This document shows, one piece after another, positions 9,730 through 18,752 of a stretch of 64,000 nt of DNA. Position numbers and translations under genes: made by a program. Origin of the DNA: Gemmatimonadota bacterium (GTDB lineage: Bacteria > Gemmatimonadota > Gemmatimonadetes > Gemmatimonadales > GWC2-71-9); contig JBDUDP010000003.1 in NCBI GenBank assembly GCA_040002895.1, forward strand, positions 19,738 through 83,737. The letters are read 5' to 3'. Every line of letters begins with the position of its first letter. Positions within the stretch are counted from its first letter, which is position 1. Below the pieces are notes generated by a model. The model had not been told where the DNA came from, did no database searches, and saw only the letters and a list, made by a program, of their open reading frames with translations.

Positions 9730-11827
9730 GTCGCTCCGCGCCGTACGCGAACCGATCCACACGATCGGTCGGGCACCGGTGTGTAGCACACCAACGGACG
9801 TGCTGGCCATGATCCACGGCGCCACCACACCGATGCGATCACCGGAGACTCCTCCGAGCTTTCTCTATCCCACCCAGCACGACCCGTGGCGGCGTGTCAC
9901 ACATGCGCTGGCCCATTGGGGTGGCGCGCTGCTTGCTGAACCGGTCGGCACCGGGAAAAGCTGGATCGCGCTCGCGGTGGCGACACGAGAACGAGACCCA
10001 GCACTAGTGCTCGCACCGGCCATCCTCCTCTCTCAATGGAAAACCATGGCTCGCGCGGCCGGCGTGCCAATCATCACGTGGTCGCATGAACGCCTGAGCC
10101 GGGGCGCGCTGCCACCCCGCTGGCCCTCGCTTGTCATTGTCGATGAGTCGCACCGGTTTCGCTCGCCAGGCATCCGACGAGTGCGCGCACTTGCGCCGCA
10201 TCTCGTGGGCCGACGCACCTTGCTGCTCACGGCCACACCGATCGTGAATCGCGCGCGCGACATGGTGGAGCAGCTGCGTCTCATCGTGAGCGATGATGCT
10301 CTGGCACTCGATGGCATCCTCTCGCTGACATCGCTGGAGAGTTGTGGTCGTCCGCCGGCCGCGGTTCGGCGACTGGTCGTTCGTGGCCCGACCCCTCCGA
10401 TGGCCAACGGACGCTCCCTCACCGCACTCCCACGGCACCCTGCCGAGGCGCGCCGTGGCTGCCAGGCAGTGCACCTGATCGATCGGCTCGTGCTGAGTCA
10501 GACAGCAGCCGTTCGCCAGCTGCTGCGCACCGTGCTGCTCGACGCGGCCGGATCGAGCGACGCGGCGATGCATGCGGCCCTCGCCCGGTATCGCGCCCTT
10601 TTGCTGCATGCACGCGATGCTGGTGGTGTGTCACGCCGTGCCATTCGGCACTTCGCTGGCCCCGGACTCGACCAGATGGTGTTCTGGTCACTGGTTGGCG
10701 GCGAGGGTGAATCGGACTTGGAGGTCGGTGACCTGCCCATCATCGAGGCAGCGCTCAGCTCGGCGCCAGACGACCACCCGTGGATGACCGCACTGCTCAC
10801 AACAATCGATGACACCGTTCCGACGGTCTGTTTTGCCCGTCATCGCGCCACCGCACGAGCACTCCGACTCCGATTGGGCGACACCACCGCATGGGTCACC
10901 GGCAGCGAGGCAGGGATCGGGCCCCATCGTCTCCCGAGGCAGGCCGTACTCGAGGCGTTCGGACCGATGCGCGAGAACTGGACGGTCCGATCCCGACCAC
11001 CAAGAATTCTCATTGCCACCGATGTCGCGGCGGAAGGGCTTGACCTGCAGGCGGCGGGTCGCATCGTGCATATTGACCTCCCCTGGACCGCGATGCGTCT
11101 GGCCCAACGTGAGGGGCGCCTGCTCCGGCTCGGCCAGCACCATGCAACCGTCGACATCGTCGCGCGACACCCTGTGCCATGCATCGAGCGAGCGCTTCAA
11201 CCTGCGGCACGAATCCGGCGCAAGCACCGACTCGCCGCGGAGTGGTTCGATGTCCTGGAGCAACCAGACCGCCCCGCGGCCAACAGCCAGTTGGCGGCCT
11301 CCGTGGCGACGCTCCATTCCGCGCAGCAGTCCAGCGACGTGGTCCTCATCGCGCTCTCCCGCGGCATGCACGCCGGGGTTCTAGTGCTCGCGCGAGCGGA
11401 CGGAGGAGAGTGGACGGAGCAGCAAGCACTCGTGACCCGTCTGCTCGGGCATGCCATGGAGTGCCCTGCGGCGCGGCTCGACGTGGAGGAGGTTCGCGAG
11501 GTGTTCGCGAGCGCGTTGCGCGCCGTCTATGCCGGCATGGCCGAGCCGGCGCCGGGAATGGCCGTGCTGATTCACCGCGCCCAGCGGCTGGCCCGGGCTG
11601 CCGCACGACGGCGCGATGCCACCGAAGTCGCGCGGCTCGATCGCCTCCTGGCGTTCGCGGCGGCGCCGCAAATGCTTGGTGGCAGGATGCTGCTCGACCG
11701 CTGGCGGGCCATGTCGGATGACCAGCTGTTCCGGGTCGAGATTCCCGCATCGGAACCAAGGCCCCCCGTGGCCGCACGTGTCCTCGCCGCCCTGCTCTTC
11801 CGTTCTCCCGGAGCCGAGCTACGTTGA
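9686..11827 (+). CDS. SF2 (SNF2-like) helicase/ATPase
   Basis: Walker A 'AEPVGTGKS', 'DESH', 'TATP', 'ATDVAAEGLDLQ', 'QREGRLLR'. Start uncertain (9641, 9686 or 9809). Confidence 0.8.
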   Translation: MTAPCSHRWPRIVAESLRAVREPIHTIGRAPVCSTPTDVLAMIHGATTPMRSPETPPSFLYPTQHDPWRRVTHALAHWGGALLAEPVGTGKSWIALAVATRERDPALVLAPAILLSQWKTMARAAGVPIITWSHERLSRGALPPRWPSLVIVDESHRFRSPGIRRVRALAPHLVGRRTLLLTATPIVNRARDMVEQLRLIVSDDALALDGILSLTSLESCGRPPAAVRRLVVRGPTPPMANGRSLTALPRHPAEARRGCQAVHLIDRLVLSQTAAVRQLLRTVLLDAAGSSDAAMHAALARYRALLLHARDAGGVSRRAIRHFAGPGLDQMVFWSLVGGEGESDLEVGDLPIIEAALSSAPDDHPWMTALLTTIDDTVPTVCFARHRATARALRLRLGDTTAWVTGSEAGIGPHRLPRQAVLEAFGPMRENWTVRSRPPRILIATDVAAEGLDLQAAGRIVHIDLPWTAMRLAQREGRLLRLGQHHATVDIVARHPVPCIERALQPAARIRRKHRLAAEWFDVLEQPDRPAANSQLAASVATLHSAQQSSDVVLIALSRGMHAGVLVLARADGGEWTEQQALVTRLLGHAMECPAARLDVEEVREVFASALRAVYAGMAEPAPGMAVLIHRAQRLARAAARRRDATEVARLDRLLAFAAAPQMLGGRMLLDRWRAMSDDQLFRVEIPASEPRPPVAARVLAALLFRSPGAELR

Positions 11828-11831
11828 CGGC

Positions 11832-12479
11832 ATGCCATCATTCCAGACCGTGCTCTTCGACCTCGATGGAACGCTGCTCGATTCCGTCGACCTGATCGTC
11901 GACAGCTACCATCACACGCTCGCGGCACACTCGCTTCCGCCCATGACGCGGACCGAGATCCTGGCCGGTCTCGGCACCACCCTGTACGCCGTGTTTGGTC
12001 GACTCGCCGAGGATCCCGCCGTGATCGCGCAATGGGTTGCGACCTACCGCGAGTTCAATCTCGCGCACCACGACAGTCGTGCCCGCGCCTACCCCGGCAC
12101 GGTCGACATGGTCCGGGTCATCCAGGCCGGCGGGCGGCGTCTCGGTCTCGTGACCAGCAAGAATCGCAGTGGCGCCCAGCGCGGCCTCAACCTCATGGGG
12201 CTCGGTGAATCGATGGAAGTCATCGTCGGGGCAGATGACGTCACCAAGCCCAAGCCCGACCCCGAGCCTGTCCTGCAGGCCCTTGAACGCCTCGGCGCCG
12301 ACCCGAACTCCACCATTTTCGTGGGCGACTCCCACCATGACATCCACTCTGGCCGTGCCGCGGGCGTGCTCACCGCCGGGGTGACCTGGGGGCCGTTCGA
12401 TCGCGCCCACCTCGAGTTTGCCGCTCCCGACTACTACTGCGACTCACCGGCGGAACTGCTGACGTTGCTGGGGTTCTAG
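11832..12479 (+). CDS. HAD-family hydrolase (PpaX/phosphoglycolate phosphatase-like)
   Basis: 'FDLDGTLLDS', 'VTSK', 'KPKPDPEP', 'VGDSHHD'. Confidence 0.9.
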   Translation: MPSFQTVLFDLDGTLLDSVDLIVDSYHHTLAAHSLPPMTRTEILAGLGTTLYAVFGRLAEDPAVIAQWVATYREFNLAHHDSRARAYPGTVDMVRVIQAGGRRLGLVTSKNRSGAQRGLNLMGLGESMEVIVGADDVTKPKPDPEPVLQALERLGADPNSTIFVGDSHHDIHSGRAAGVLTAGVTWGPFDRAHLEFAAPDYYCDSPAELLTLLGF

Positions 12480-12480
12480 C

Positions 12481-12579
12481 CGGAAGGCGTTTCACGACAC
12501 CTTCCTCAACTACGGCGGACCGCCGATCCCGTTGGTGCGGCGGGCCATGTTGGGAGCGAGCGCCGGGCCCGCGTTATAG
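12481..12579 (+). pseudogene. Orphan 3' remnant resembling the C-terminus of DUF885 proteins
   Basis: Translates RKAFHDTFLNYGGPPIPLVRRAMLGASAGPAL* with no start of its own. Confidence 0.55.
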
Positions 12580-12594
12580 ACCGGCCGCCAACCG

Positions 12595-13056
12595 CTACTC
12601 GCGCTCCGTCCCCATGATGGTGCGCAGGCGTCGATGAATCCTCCCTTGATCCACCGCGTGCTGCACGGCGATGAAGATCGTGTCATCACCTGCAATCGTG
12701 CCCACGATTTCGGGCCACGCCAGCAGGTCGAGGGCGCTGCCCACCCGCTGCGCCTCTCCGGGCGGGGTGTGCAGCACCAGCAGGGCCTCCCCTGCGGCCT
12801 CGACCGCCAACAGTGACTCCGCGAGCCGGCGCTCGTTCGGATCAGAGATTTCCTTGAGCCGCGCCGAGGCGGGACGCTGATAGATGCCTTCCGACTTCAC
12901 GAGCCCGAGGGTCGAGATGTCGCGTGAGACGCTGCTCTGGGTCACATCCCAGCCTTCCTGCGACAACGCTTCGGCGAGCTCGTCCTGCGTGCGCATGGGC
13001 CTGGTGGCGACGAGTTCCAGAATCTTGAGGTGACGCTTGCGGCGTTCGAGACTCAC
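12595..13056 (-). CDS. argR: Arginine repressor
   Basis: 'TQDELAEAL', 'VTQSSVSRD', 'GTIAGDDTIF'; GTG overlaps the argH stop. Confidence 0.95.
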   Translation of the reverse strand: MSLERRKRHLKILELVATRPMRTQDELAEALSQEGWDVTQSSVSRDISTLGLVKSEGIYQRPASARLKEISDPNERRLAESLLAVEAAGEALLVLHTPPGEAQRVGSALDLLAWPEIVGTIAGDDTIFIAVQHAVDQGRIHRRLRTIMGTERE

Positions 13057-14429
13057 CGGGACCTCGCTGCGGTCAACGTGGTGAGTGCAAGCGAGAACGC
13101 CCTGCGACGCAACGCGTTCCATCGCAGGGCGGCGCGGAGCCGGTCCCGGAGCTGCGTCAGCGGGAGATTGCCGATCCCACCGGCGCCTGACCGCGCCGCG
13201 ATCAGCGCCATCGCGGGAATCGGCTGCATCGCGGTTCCCTGCTTCACCTCCGCGGCCACGGCGCGGTAGGCGCGACGGAACGGCGTGCCCTCCCGTACTC
13301 GGCGCATGACCTCGTCGGTCGCCAGCAACTCTCCGCCGATGGCGGCCGAGGCGACGCGCGCGTCGACCACCAGCCGCGGCACCGCGATGGTGAGCATGCC
13401 GAGCATCTCCCGCATCCGATCGAGTCCACGAAAGAGTGGCGCCTTGAGAAACTGGAAATCCCGGTGGTATCCACCGGCCAGGGAAGCCTTGAGGGCCATC
13501 ACTGCCGCGAGGTCACCCTCAAGCACCGCGGCACGCGCGCGCGTCAGCTCGAAGAGGTCGGGATTGCGCTTCTGCGGCATGATGCTCGAACCGGTCGAGA
13601 GCTCCGGAGGCAGCGCCAGCCACCCGAACTCATCGGCCGAAAAGAGAATCACGTCGGCGGAGAGCTTGGCGCAGTGATGCGCCGCTTCGGTGCACCAGAA
13701 GAGCACGGCGGCCTCGAGGCAGCCGCGCCCGCCCTGCACCGAGGTCACCACCAGATCGACATCCGCAAAGCCCAGCGCCTTCGCGGCCGCCTCGCGGGCC
13801 AGCGGGAGCGGCACCCCGTAGCCGGCCGCGCTCCCGAGCGGCGATCGATCGAGCTGCGCCCAGAAACCGTGTACCGCGTCGGCCGCGTTGAGCAATCCCT
13901 CGGCATAACCCGCCGCCCACAATCCCGCGGACGACGGCATCGCACGACGCTGGTGGGTGTACCCTGGCCAGAGTATGCGGCGATGTCGCGCGGCAAAGGT
14001 GAGCAGTGTGTCGGCGAGCGTGAGCATCTGGACATGCAGCAGGAGGACCTGGTCCTTCAGGAACAACCGGAGATCGGTCACGACCTGATCGTTGCGTGAA
14101 CGACCGGCATGCAGCCGTTCGCCCACATCACCAAAGTGCTCGGTGAGCCAGAACTCCACGGCACTGTGTCCGTCCTCGTGTGCCTCGGTGATGCGCAATG
14201 ACCCGGAATCCACCGCCTTCAGCGCGGCGAGCAGCGCACGGCGCATGACGGACCGCTCCCGGGCCGTGATCACCCCGCCCTCCACGAGCGCCTCGAGATG
14301 ACCCAGCGACCCGATCACGTCCCAGCGCAACAACCGGGTATCGACCTCGCGATCATCAGCCACGGTGTAGGCCAGCATCTGTGCGTCGGGTGAGGCACCG
14401 GGGGACCACAGGGTCTCGGGTCGCGTCAT
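13053..14429 (-). CDS. argH: Argininosuccinate lyase
   Basis: 'GRSRNDQV', 'GYTH', 'TGSSIMPQKRNPD'. Confidence 0.95.
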   Translation of the reverse strand: MTRPETLWSPGASPDAQMLAYTVADDREVDTRLLRWDVIGSLGHLEALVEGGVITARERSVMRRALLAALKAVDSGSLRITEAHEDGHSAVEFWLTEHFGDVGERLHAGRSRNDQVVTDLRLFLKDQVLLLHVQMLTLADTLLTFAARHRRILWPGYTHQRRAMPSSAGLWAAGYAEGLLNAADAVHGFWAQLDRSPLGSAAGYGVPLPLAREAAAKALGFADVDLVVTSVQGGRGCLEAAVLFWCTEAAHHCAKLSADVILFSADEFGWLALPPELSTGSSIMPQKRNPDLFELTRARAAVLEGDLAAVMALKASLAGGYHRDFQFLKAPLFRGLDRMREMLGMLTIAVPRLVVDARVASAAIGGELLATDEVMRRVREGTPFRRAYRAVAAEVKQGTAMQPIPAMALIAARSGAGGIGNLPLTQLRDRLRAALRWNALRRRAFSLALTTLTAARSR

Positions 14430-15499
14430 GTCAGGTACGCCTCCGCTGTGCGCGCATAGAAGGCGCGGGCAGCCGTGACCTCGGAGAGATTGACCGATTC
14501 ATCGGGCGTGTGCGATCGGCGCGAGGTGCCCGGACCGACCTTGATCGCATCGAGATGGCGCAGGAAACACCAATCGGAGCAGGTCGGTGAGCCGTAGCTG
14601 GTAGCCTCAGGATTCACGCCTCGCGCGGCGGCAAGCAGTCGCGAATTGGCCGGCGTCTCGCAGGGCACCAGGCGCTTGGACGTTGCGATCACCTCGCACT
14701 CGAGCCGCTCGCGCAGCGCCTGCTCGAGTGCGTCATGGGTCCAATCGGGCGTCGAGCGCACGTCGAGGATCGCCCGTGCCACGGGGGGCGTGACATTCCG
14801 CGAGACACCGCCCTCGAGCATGGTCGGCGTGACGGTGGTCGCGCCGAGCACGGAATGCACCCGTTCCGCCACGATGCCATCGAGCTTGACGAGGTCGCGC
14901 GCGAGCACCGCAATCGCATTGGTGAAGTCGCCTGCTGAGGCGTATCCGGCGTGCCGCTGGTCGCCCTTTGCCACCAGGTCCACCATCATCAGGCCGCGTT
15001 GGGCCACGGCGAACTGCAGGTTGGTCGGTTCGCCCACCAGCGCCGCATCGAGGCGTCCGGCACGCGCCACCGCCTCTGGCATGGTGGCGAATCGCGTCTC
15101 CTCACCGTAGGAGAAAATCGCGAGGGCACGTCCGCGCAGCGTCGCGCCACGCTGGGCGAGGTCGGCCAGCGCAAAGAGCATGGCGCTCACCGATGCCTTG
15201 GCATCGCCCGACCCGCGACCATAGAGCAGGTCGCCCTCGATCACCGGCGTGAACGGGTCGCGTGACCAGCCCTCGCCGGGTGGAACGACGTCGAGGTGTG
15301 AGGCGAGGACCAGGGTCTTCCCGGCGGATTCATTGCCGACGGCGACCCGCACGCTGGTCTCGTCACGCACCACGTCGAGGCCGAGCCGACGCGCCGTCAG
15401 CTCGACCAGCTCCGCCGCCGGTGTCTCGTTCCCGCTGATCGACGGGACCGCTACCAGGTCGCGGAGGAAGGAGATCTCAGTCAGCGAGGTCAACGCCAA
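14426..15499 (-). CDS. argE: M20 N-acylornithine/N-acylcitrulline deacylase
   Basis: 'SHLDVVP', 'YGRGSGDAK', 'GEE', 'GEPT', 'SHTPDE'; arg operon context. Confidence 0.85.
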   Translation of the reverse strand: MALTSLTEISFLRDLVAVPSISGNETPAAELVELTARRLGLDVVRDETSVRVAVGNESAGKTLVLASHLDVVPPGEGWSRDPFTPVIEGDLLYGRGSGDAKASVSAMLFALADLAQRGATLRGRALAIFSYGEETRFATMPEAVARAGRLDAALVGEPTNLQFAVAQRGLMMVDLVAKGDQRHAGYASAGDFTNAIAVLARDLVKLDGIVAERVHSVLGATTVTPTMLEGGVSRNVTPPVARAILDVRSTPDWTHDALEQALRERLECEVIATSKRLVPCETPANSRLLAAARGVNPEATSYGSPTCSDWCFLRHLDAIKVGPGTSRRSHTPDESVNLSEVTAARAFYARTAEAYLT

Positions 15500-16412
15500 G
15501 GTAGGTGGCCTTCTCCTTGCGGCCGACGATCATCGTCCCGAAGCCGGCACCAGTGAATACCTCGTACAGCAGCGAATCGGGCGCGCGACCGTCGATGATG
15601 TGGGTGCGCTCCACCCCGCCGGTGGCGGCCCGGATGCAGGCCTCGACCTTCGGCTTCATGCCGCCCACCAATGCGCCGGTGGCCATCAGCTCGGCGAGGT
15701 CATCGGGGTCGGCAAAGGTGACCAGGGTGCTGGGATCGGTGCGATCCCGCAGCACGCCCGGCGCACCGGTCAGAAAGATCAGCTTCTGCGCCTTGAGGGC
15801 AATCGCCAGCGACTCGGCCACCGTGTCGGCATTCACGTTGTAGACGTTGCCCTCGTTGTCGCCGGCAAGCGAGGAGACCACCGGCACGAAGCGCGCATCC
15901 ATGAGCGTGGTCAGCAGGCGGGGATCGACCTTGTCGATGTCGCCGACATGACCGTAGTCAACCACCCGTGCCTCGCCGCTGTCGTCCACCACCCGGATCG
16001 GCAGTCGACGGTGAGCGGTGAGCAGATCGCCATCCACACCGGAAAGCCCCGAGGCCTGCACCCCGTGCCGCCGCAACGCCGACACCAGGTCGGTGTTGAG
16101 CAGGCCGCGGTAGACCATCTTGGCCACCTCAAGCGCGCCGTCGTCGGTCACCCGCCGGCCAGCCACCATCTGTGGCTCCTGTCCCAGACGGCGCGCGACC
16201 GCGCTCGCCTGCGGGCCGCCGCCGTGCACCACGACCAGGCGAATCGACAGCGACGAGAGCAGCGCCAGCTGTCCCGCCACCATATCGAGGTTGTGGGCAT
16301 CGGAAAGGACATCGCCTCCGAGCTTCACGATGAAGACATGATCACGGTAGGCGCGCACGTAGCGCAGGGCGCCCTTGAGGCCCGCAATGCCCTTGGTGGT
16401 ATCAATCGCCAT
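15477..16412 (-). CDS. argB: N-acylglutamate kinase
   Basis: 'VKLGG', 'VHGGGPQ', 'GRRVTD', 'NVNAD', 'GGMKPK'. Confidence 0.95.
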   Translation of the reverse strand: MAIDTTKGIAGLKGALRYVRAYRDHVFIVKLGGDVLSDAHNLDMVAGQLALLSSLSIRLVVVHGGGPQASAVARRLGQEPQMVAGRRVTDDGALEVAKMVYRGLLNTDLVSALRRHGVQASGLSGVDGDLLTAHRRLPIRVVDDSGEARVVDYGHVGDIDKVDPRLLTTLMDARFVPVVSSLAGDNEGNVYNVNADTVAESLAIALKAQKLIFLTGAPGVLRDRTDPSTLVTFADPDDLAELMATGALVGGMKPKVEACIRAATGGVERTHIIDGRAPDSLLYEVFTGAGFGTMIVGRKEKATYLGVDLAD

Positions 16413-16444
16413 TAATCAACTCCAGATTGGTCGAGCCACAGTCA

Positions 16445-16582
16445 AGAGAGCAGAGAGAGGAGAGAGGAGAGAAGAGAGCGGTGAATGCAACGGCCATGGT
16501 CTGGGCGGCGGTATCGCCCCGTTCCGCCTCTCTCCTCTCTCCTCTCTCCTCTCTCCTCTCTCCTCTCTCCTCTCTCCTCGCT
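16445..16582. repeat. Heptamer repeat element: AGAGAGG-type arm, spacer, then (CCTCTCT)7
   Basis: Seven perfect CCTCTCT copies at 16527-16575 and a complementary purine arm at about 16445-16480. Confidence 0.9.
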
Positions 16583-17598
16583 CATCCCTTCGTCCCTATC
16601 ATCTCCAACAACAACGCCCGCTGTGCATGCAGCCGATTCTCGGCCTGATCCACCACCACGCTGTGCGGTCCGTCGAGCACTTCACCATCGATCTCGACAT
16701 TGCGGCGCACCGGCAGGCAATGCAGCGCGATGCCGCGTTCGTGGGCGGTGGTGCGCATGCGCGCCTGAGTGAGTCGCCAGTCGCGCTTTCCGTCGCGCAG
16801 GTGCCGTTCGGCGTCGGGATCACCGAAGTGCAGCAGCGAACCCCACGCCTTGGTGTACACGGCGTGGGCCCCATCGATGGCGCCATCGAGATCATCGGTG
16901 ACCTGCAGCGACCCGCCGCGCGAACCCGCCAGCATCTCGATGGCGAGGTAGTCGTCGGGGTCGAGGTCAAACCCTTCCGGCCGTGCAATCGTGACATCCA
17001 TGCCCAGATGGGCCGCGGCGAGGGCCGCGCTGGCCGGGACGGCCGTCGGCAGCGCCTTCGGATGCCACGCCCACATCAGCACGAAGCGTTTGCCGCGGGT
17101 CTCGCCGAGGTGTTCCTGCATCGTCAGCGCATCGGCGAGTCCCTGACAGGGATGCCGTCGGGCCGACTCGAGGTTGATGACCGGCTTCTCGCAGTACTTC
17201 GCGAAGTTGCGCACCGTGTGGTCCAGTCGCTCCACCTGCCAATCGGTACCCTTCGGAAAGGAGCGCACGGCGAGCGCATCGGCGTAGCGACCGAGCACTC
17301 GAGCCGCCTCGATGATGTGTTCCACCGACGTGCCGTCCATGACCGTGTCGAGTTCGGTTTCCAGCGTCCAGCTCCCCTTCCCCGGCTCGAGGCAGAGCGC
17401 GTGACCGCCGTGCAGGAACATCGCCGTCTCCATCGAGGAGCGCGTGCGCAGCGACGGGTCGAGAAACACCATCGCCAACACCTTTTTGACGAGTCCACCG
17501 TCGATTTCTCCGCGTTTGCACCGGAGCGCGAGCGCCAGCAGGCCGTCAATGACGTCCGGCGACCACTCCTCCATGGCGAGGAAGTCTTGCTTCATCAT
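16582..17598 (-). CDS. argF: N-acylornithine carbamoyltransferase (ArgF', AOTCase/SOTCase family)
   Basis: 'SLRT', 'HPCQ', 'WHPKALP', 'HCLPVRRN' plus the ArgF' loop 'WTLETELDTVMDGTSVEH'. Confidence 0.92.
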   Translation of the reverse strand: MMKQDFLAMEEWSPDVIDGLLALALRCKRGEIDGGLVKKVLAMVFLDPSLRTRSSMETAMFLHGGHALCLEPGKGSWTLETELDTVMDGTSVEHIIEAARVLGRYADALAVRSFPKGTDWQVERLDHTVRNFAKYCEKPVINLESARRHPCQGLADALTMQEHLGETRGKRFVLMWAWHPKALPTAVPASAALAAAHLGMDVTIARPEGFDLDPDDYLAIEMLAGSRGGSLQVTDDLDGAIDGAHAVYTKAWGSLLHFGDPDAERHLRDGKRDWRLTQARMRTTAHERGIALHCLPVRRNVEIDGEVLDGPHSVVVDQAENRLHAQRALLLEMIGTKG

Positions 17599-18752
17599 CC
17601 CAGCACCTCCCGGAGTCCCTGCAGCAGCAGGTCGGCCTCGTCGGCACCAAAGGTGAGTGGTGGAAGCAGTCGCAGCGTCATCGGATCGGTCGAGGTCCCG
17701 GTGAGAATGCGCTTGCTCCACAGGGCACGCTGTACCTCGGCCGCAGGGATGTCGAGTTCGAGCCCCAGGAGGAAACCGTGGCCGTGCACACGCAGCACGT
17801 GCGGCAGCGCGGCCGCCGCCGCCGTGATTCGCGCGCTCACCGTGCGTACATTGGCGAGCAGGTGCTCCCGCTCGAGCACGTCAATATTCGCGAGCGCCGC
17901 GGCGCACACCACTGGTCCGCCGCCAAACGTCGATCCGAGGTCGCCAACCTTGATGTCATCCACGAGCGAGGGCACGGCCAGCACGGCTCCGATCGGCAAC
18001 CCGGCGGCGAGCCCCTTGGCCATCGACAGGGCATCGGGCACGACACCGAAGAATTCAGCCGCTGTGAAGGTACCGAGTCGACCGACGCCGCACTGCACCT
18101 CATCAAAGAGCAACTTGGCGCCATGCTGATCACAGAGCGCGCGAGCCGCGCGCAGAAACTCTGGTGTGGCCGAACGCGCTCCCTGGAACCCCTGCACCGG
18201 CTCCAGCAGGACCGCGGCGATGCTGTCGTCCATCGCGGCCTCGAGCGCGGCGATGTCGTTGAACGGCACCCTGCGCGAGAGCGGGACTCCGGCTCGCCGC
18301 GCCCCCGCCTCGTACTTCGCGCCGTCGGTGCAGGCCAGCGTCGCCGCGGTGCGGCCGTGCCAGCCACCCAGCATCGAGATGACCTGCGTGCGGCCCGTCT
18401 TGCGGCGCGCGAGTCCAAGCTGGTTCTCGTTCGCCTCCGCGCCGCTGTTGCAGAAGAACACCTTCTCCAGCGGAGCCGGCGAGAGTCGCGCGAGCGTCTC
18501 GGCGAGTTGTTCGCGGCCGGCATGCGGCACCGCCGTGGAGTAGAACAACAGTCGCGCGGCCTGATCGGCGATGGCAGCCACCACGTCGGGGTGGGAGTGA
18601 CCCGAACTCGCGACCGCATGCCCGCCATAGGCGTCGAGCCATTCGAGTCCGTCCTCGTCCACCAGCCAGGAACCGTGACCCGAGGCAGCGCGCAACGGAA
18701 AGGTGCCGTAGACCGGGAGCAGGGCGGGGCCGGCAGCGGTATCGGTCAGCAT
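17595..18752 (-). CDS. argD: Acylornithine aminotransferase (class III)
   Basis: 'NSGAEANE', 'WHGRT', 'FDEVQCGVGRLG', 'AKGLAAG', 'STFGGGP'. Confidence 0.92.
   Translation of the reverse strand: MLTDTAAGPALLPVYGTFPLRAASGHGSWLVDEDGLEWLDAYGGHAVASSGHSHPDVVAAIADQAARLLFYSTAVPHAGREQLAETLARLSPAPLEKVFFCNSGAEANENQLGLARRKTGRTQVISMLGGWHGRTAATLACTDGAKYEAGARRAGVPLSRRVPFNDIAALEAAMDDSIAAVLLEPVQGFQGARSATPEFLRAARALCDQHGAKLLFDEVQCGVGRLGTFTAAEFFGVVPDALSMAKGLAAGLPIGAVLAVPSLVDDIKVGDLGSTFGGGPVVCAAALANIDVLEREHLLANVRTVSARITAAAAALPHVLRVHGHGFLLGLELDIPAAEVQRALWSKRILTGTSTDPMTLRLLPPLTFGADEADLLLQGLREVLG

Noticed and set aside
16375..18129. 584-aa ORF containing LSPLSSL repeats
   Set aside because: Antisense to argF'/argD; the repeat peptide is just the translated heptamer tract.
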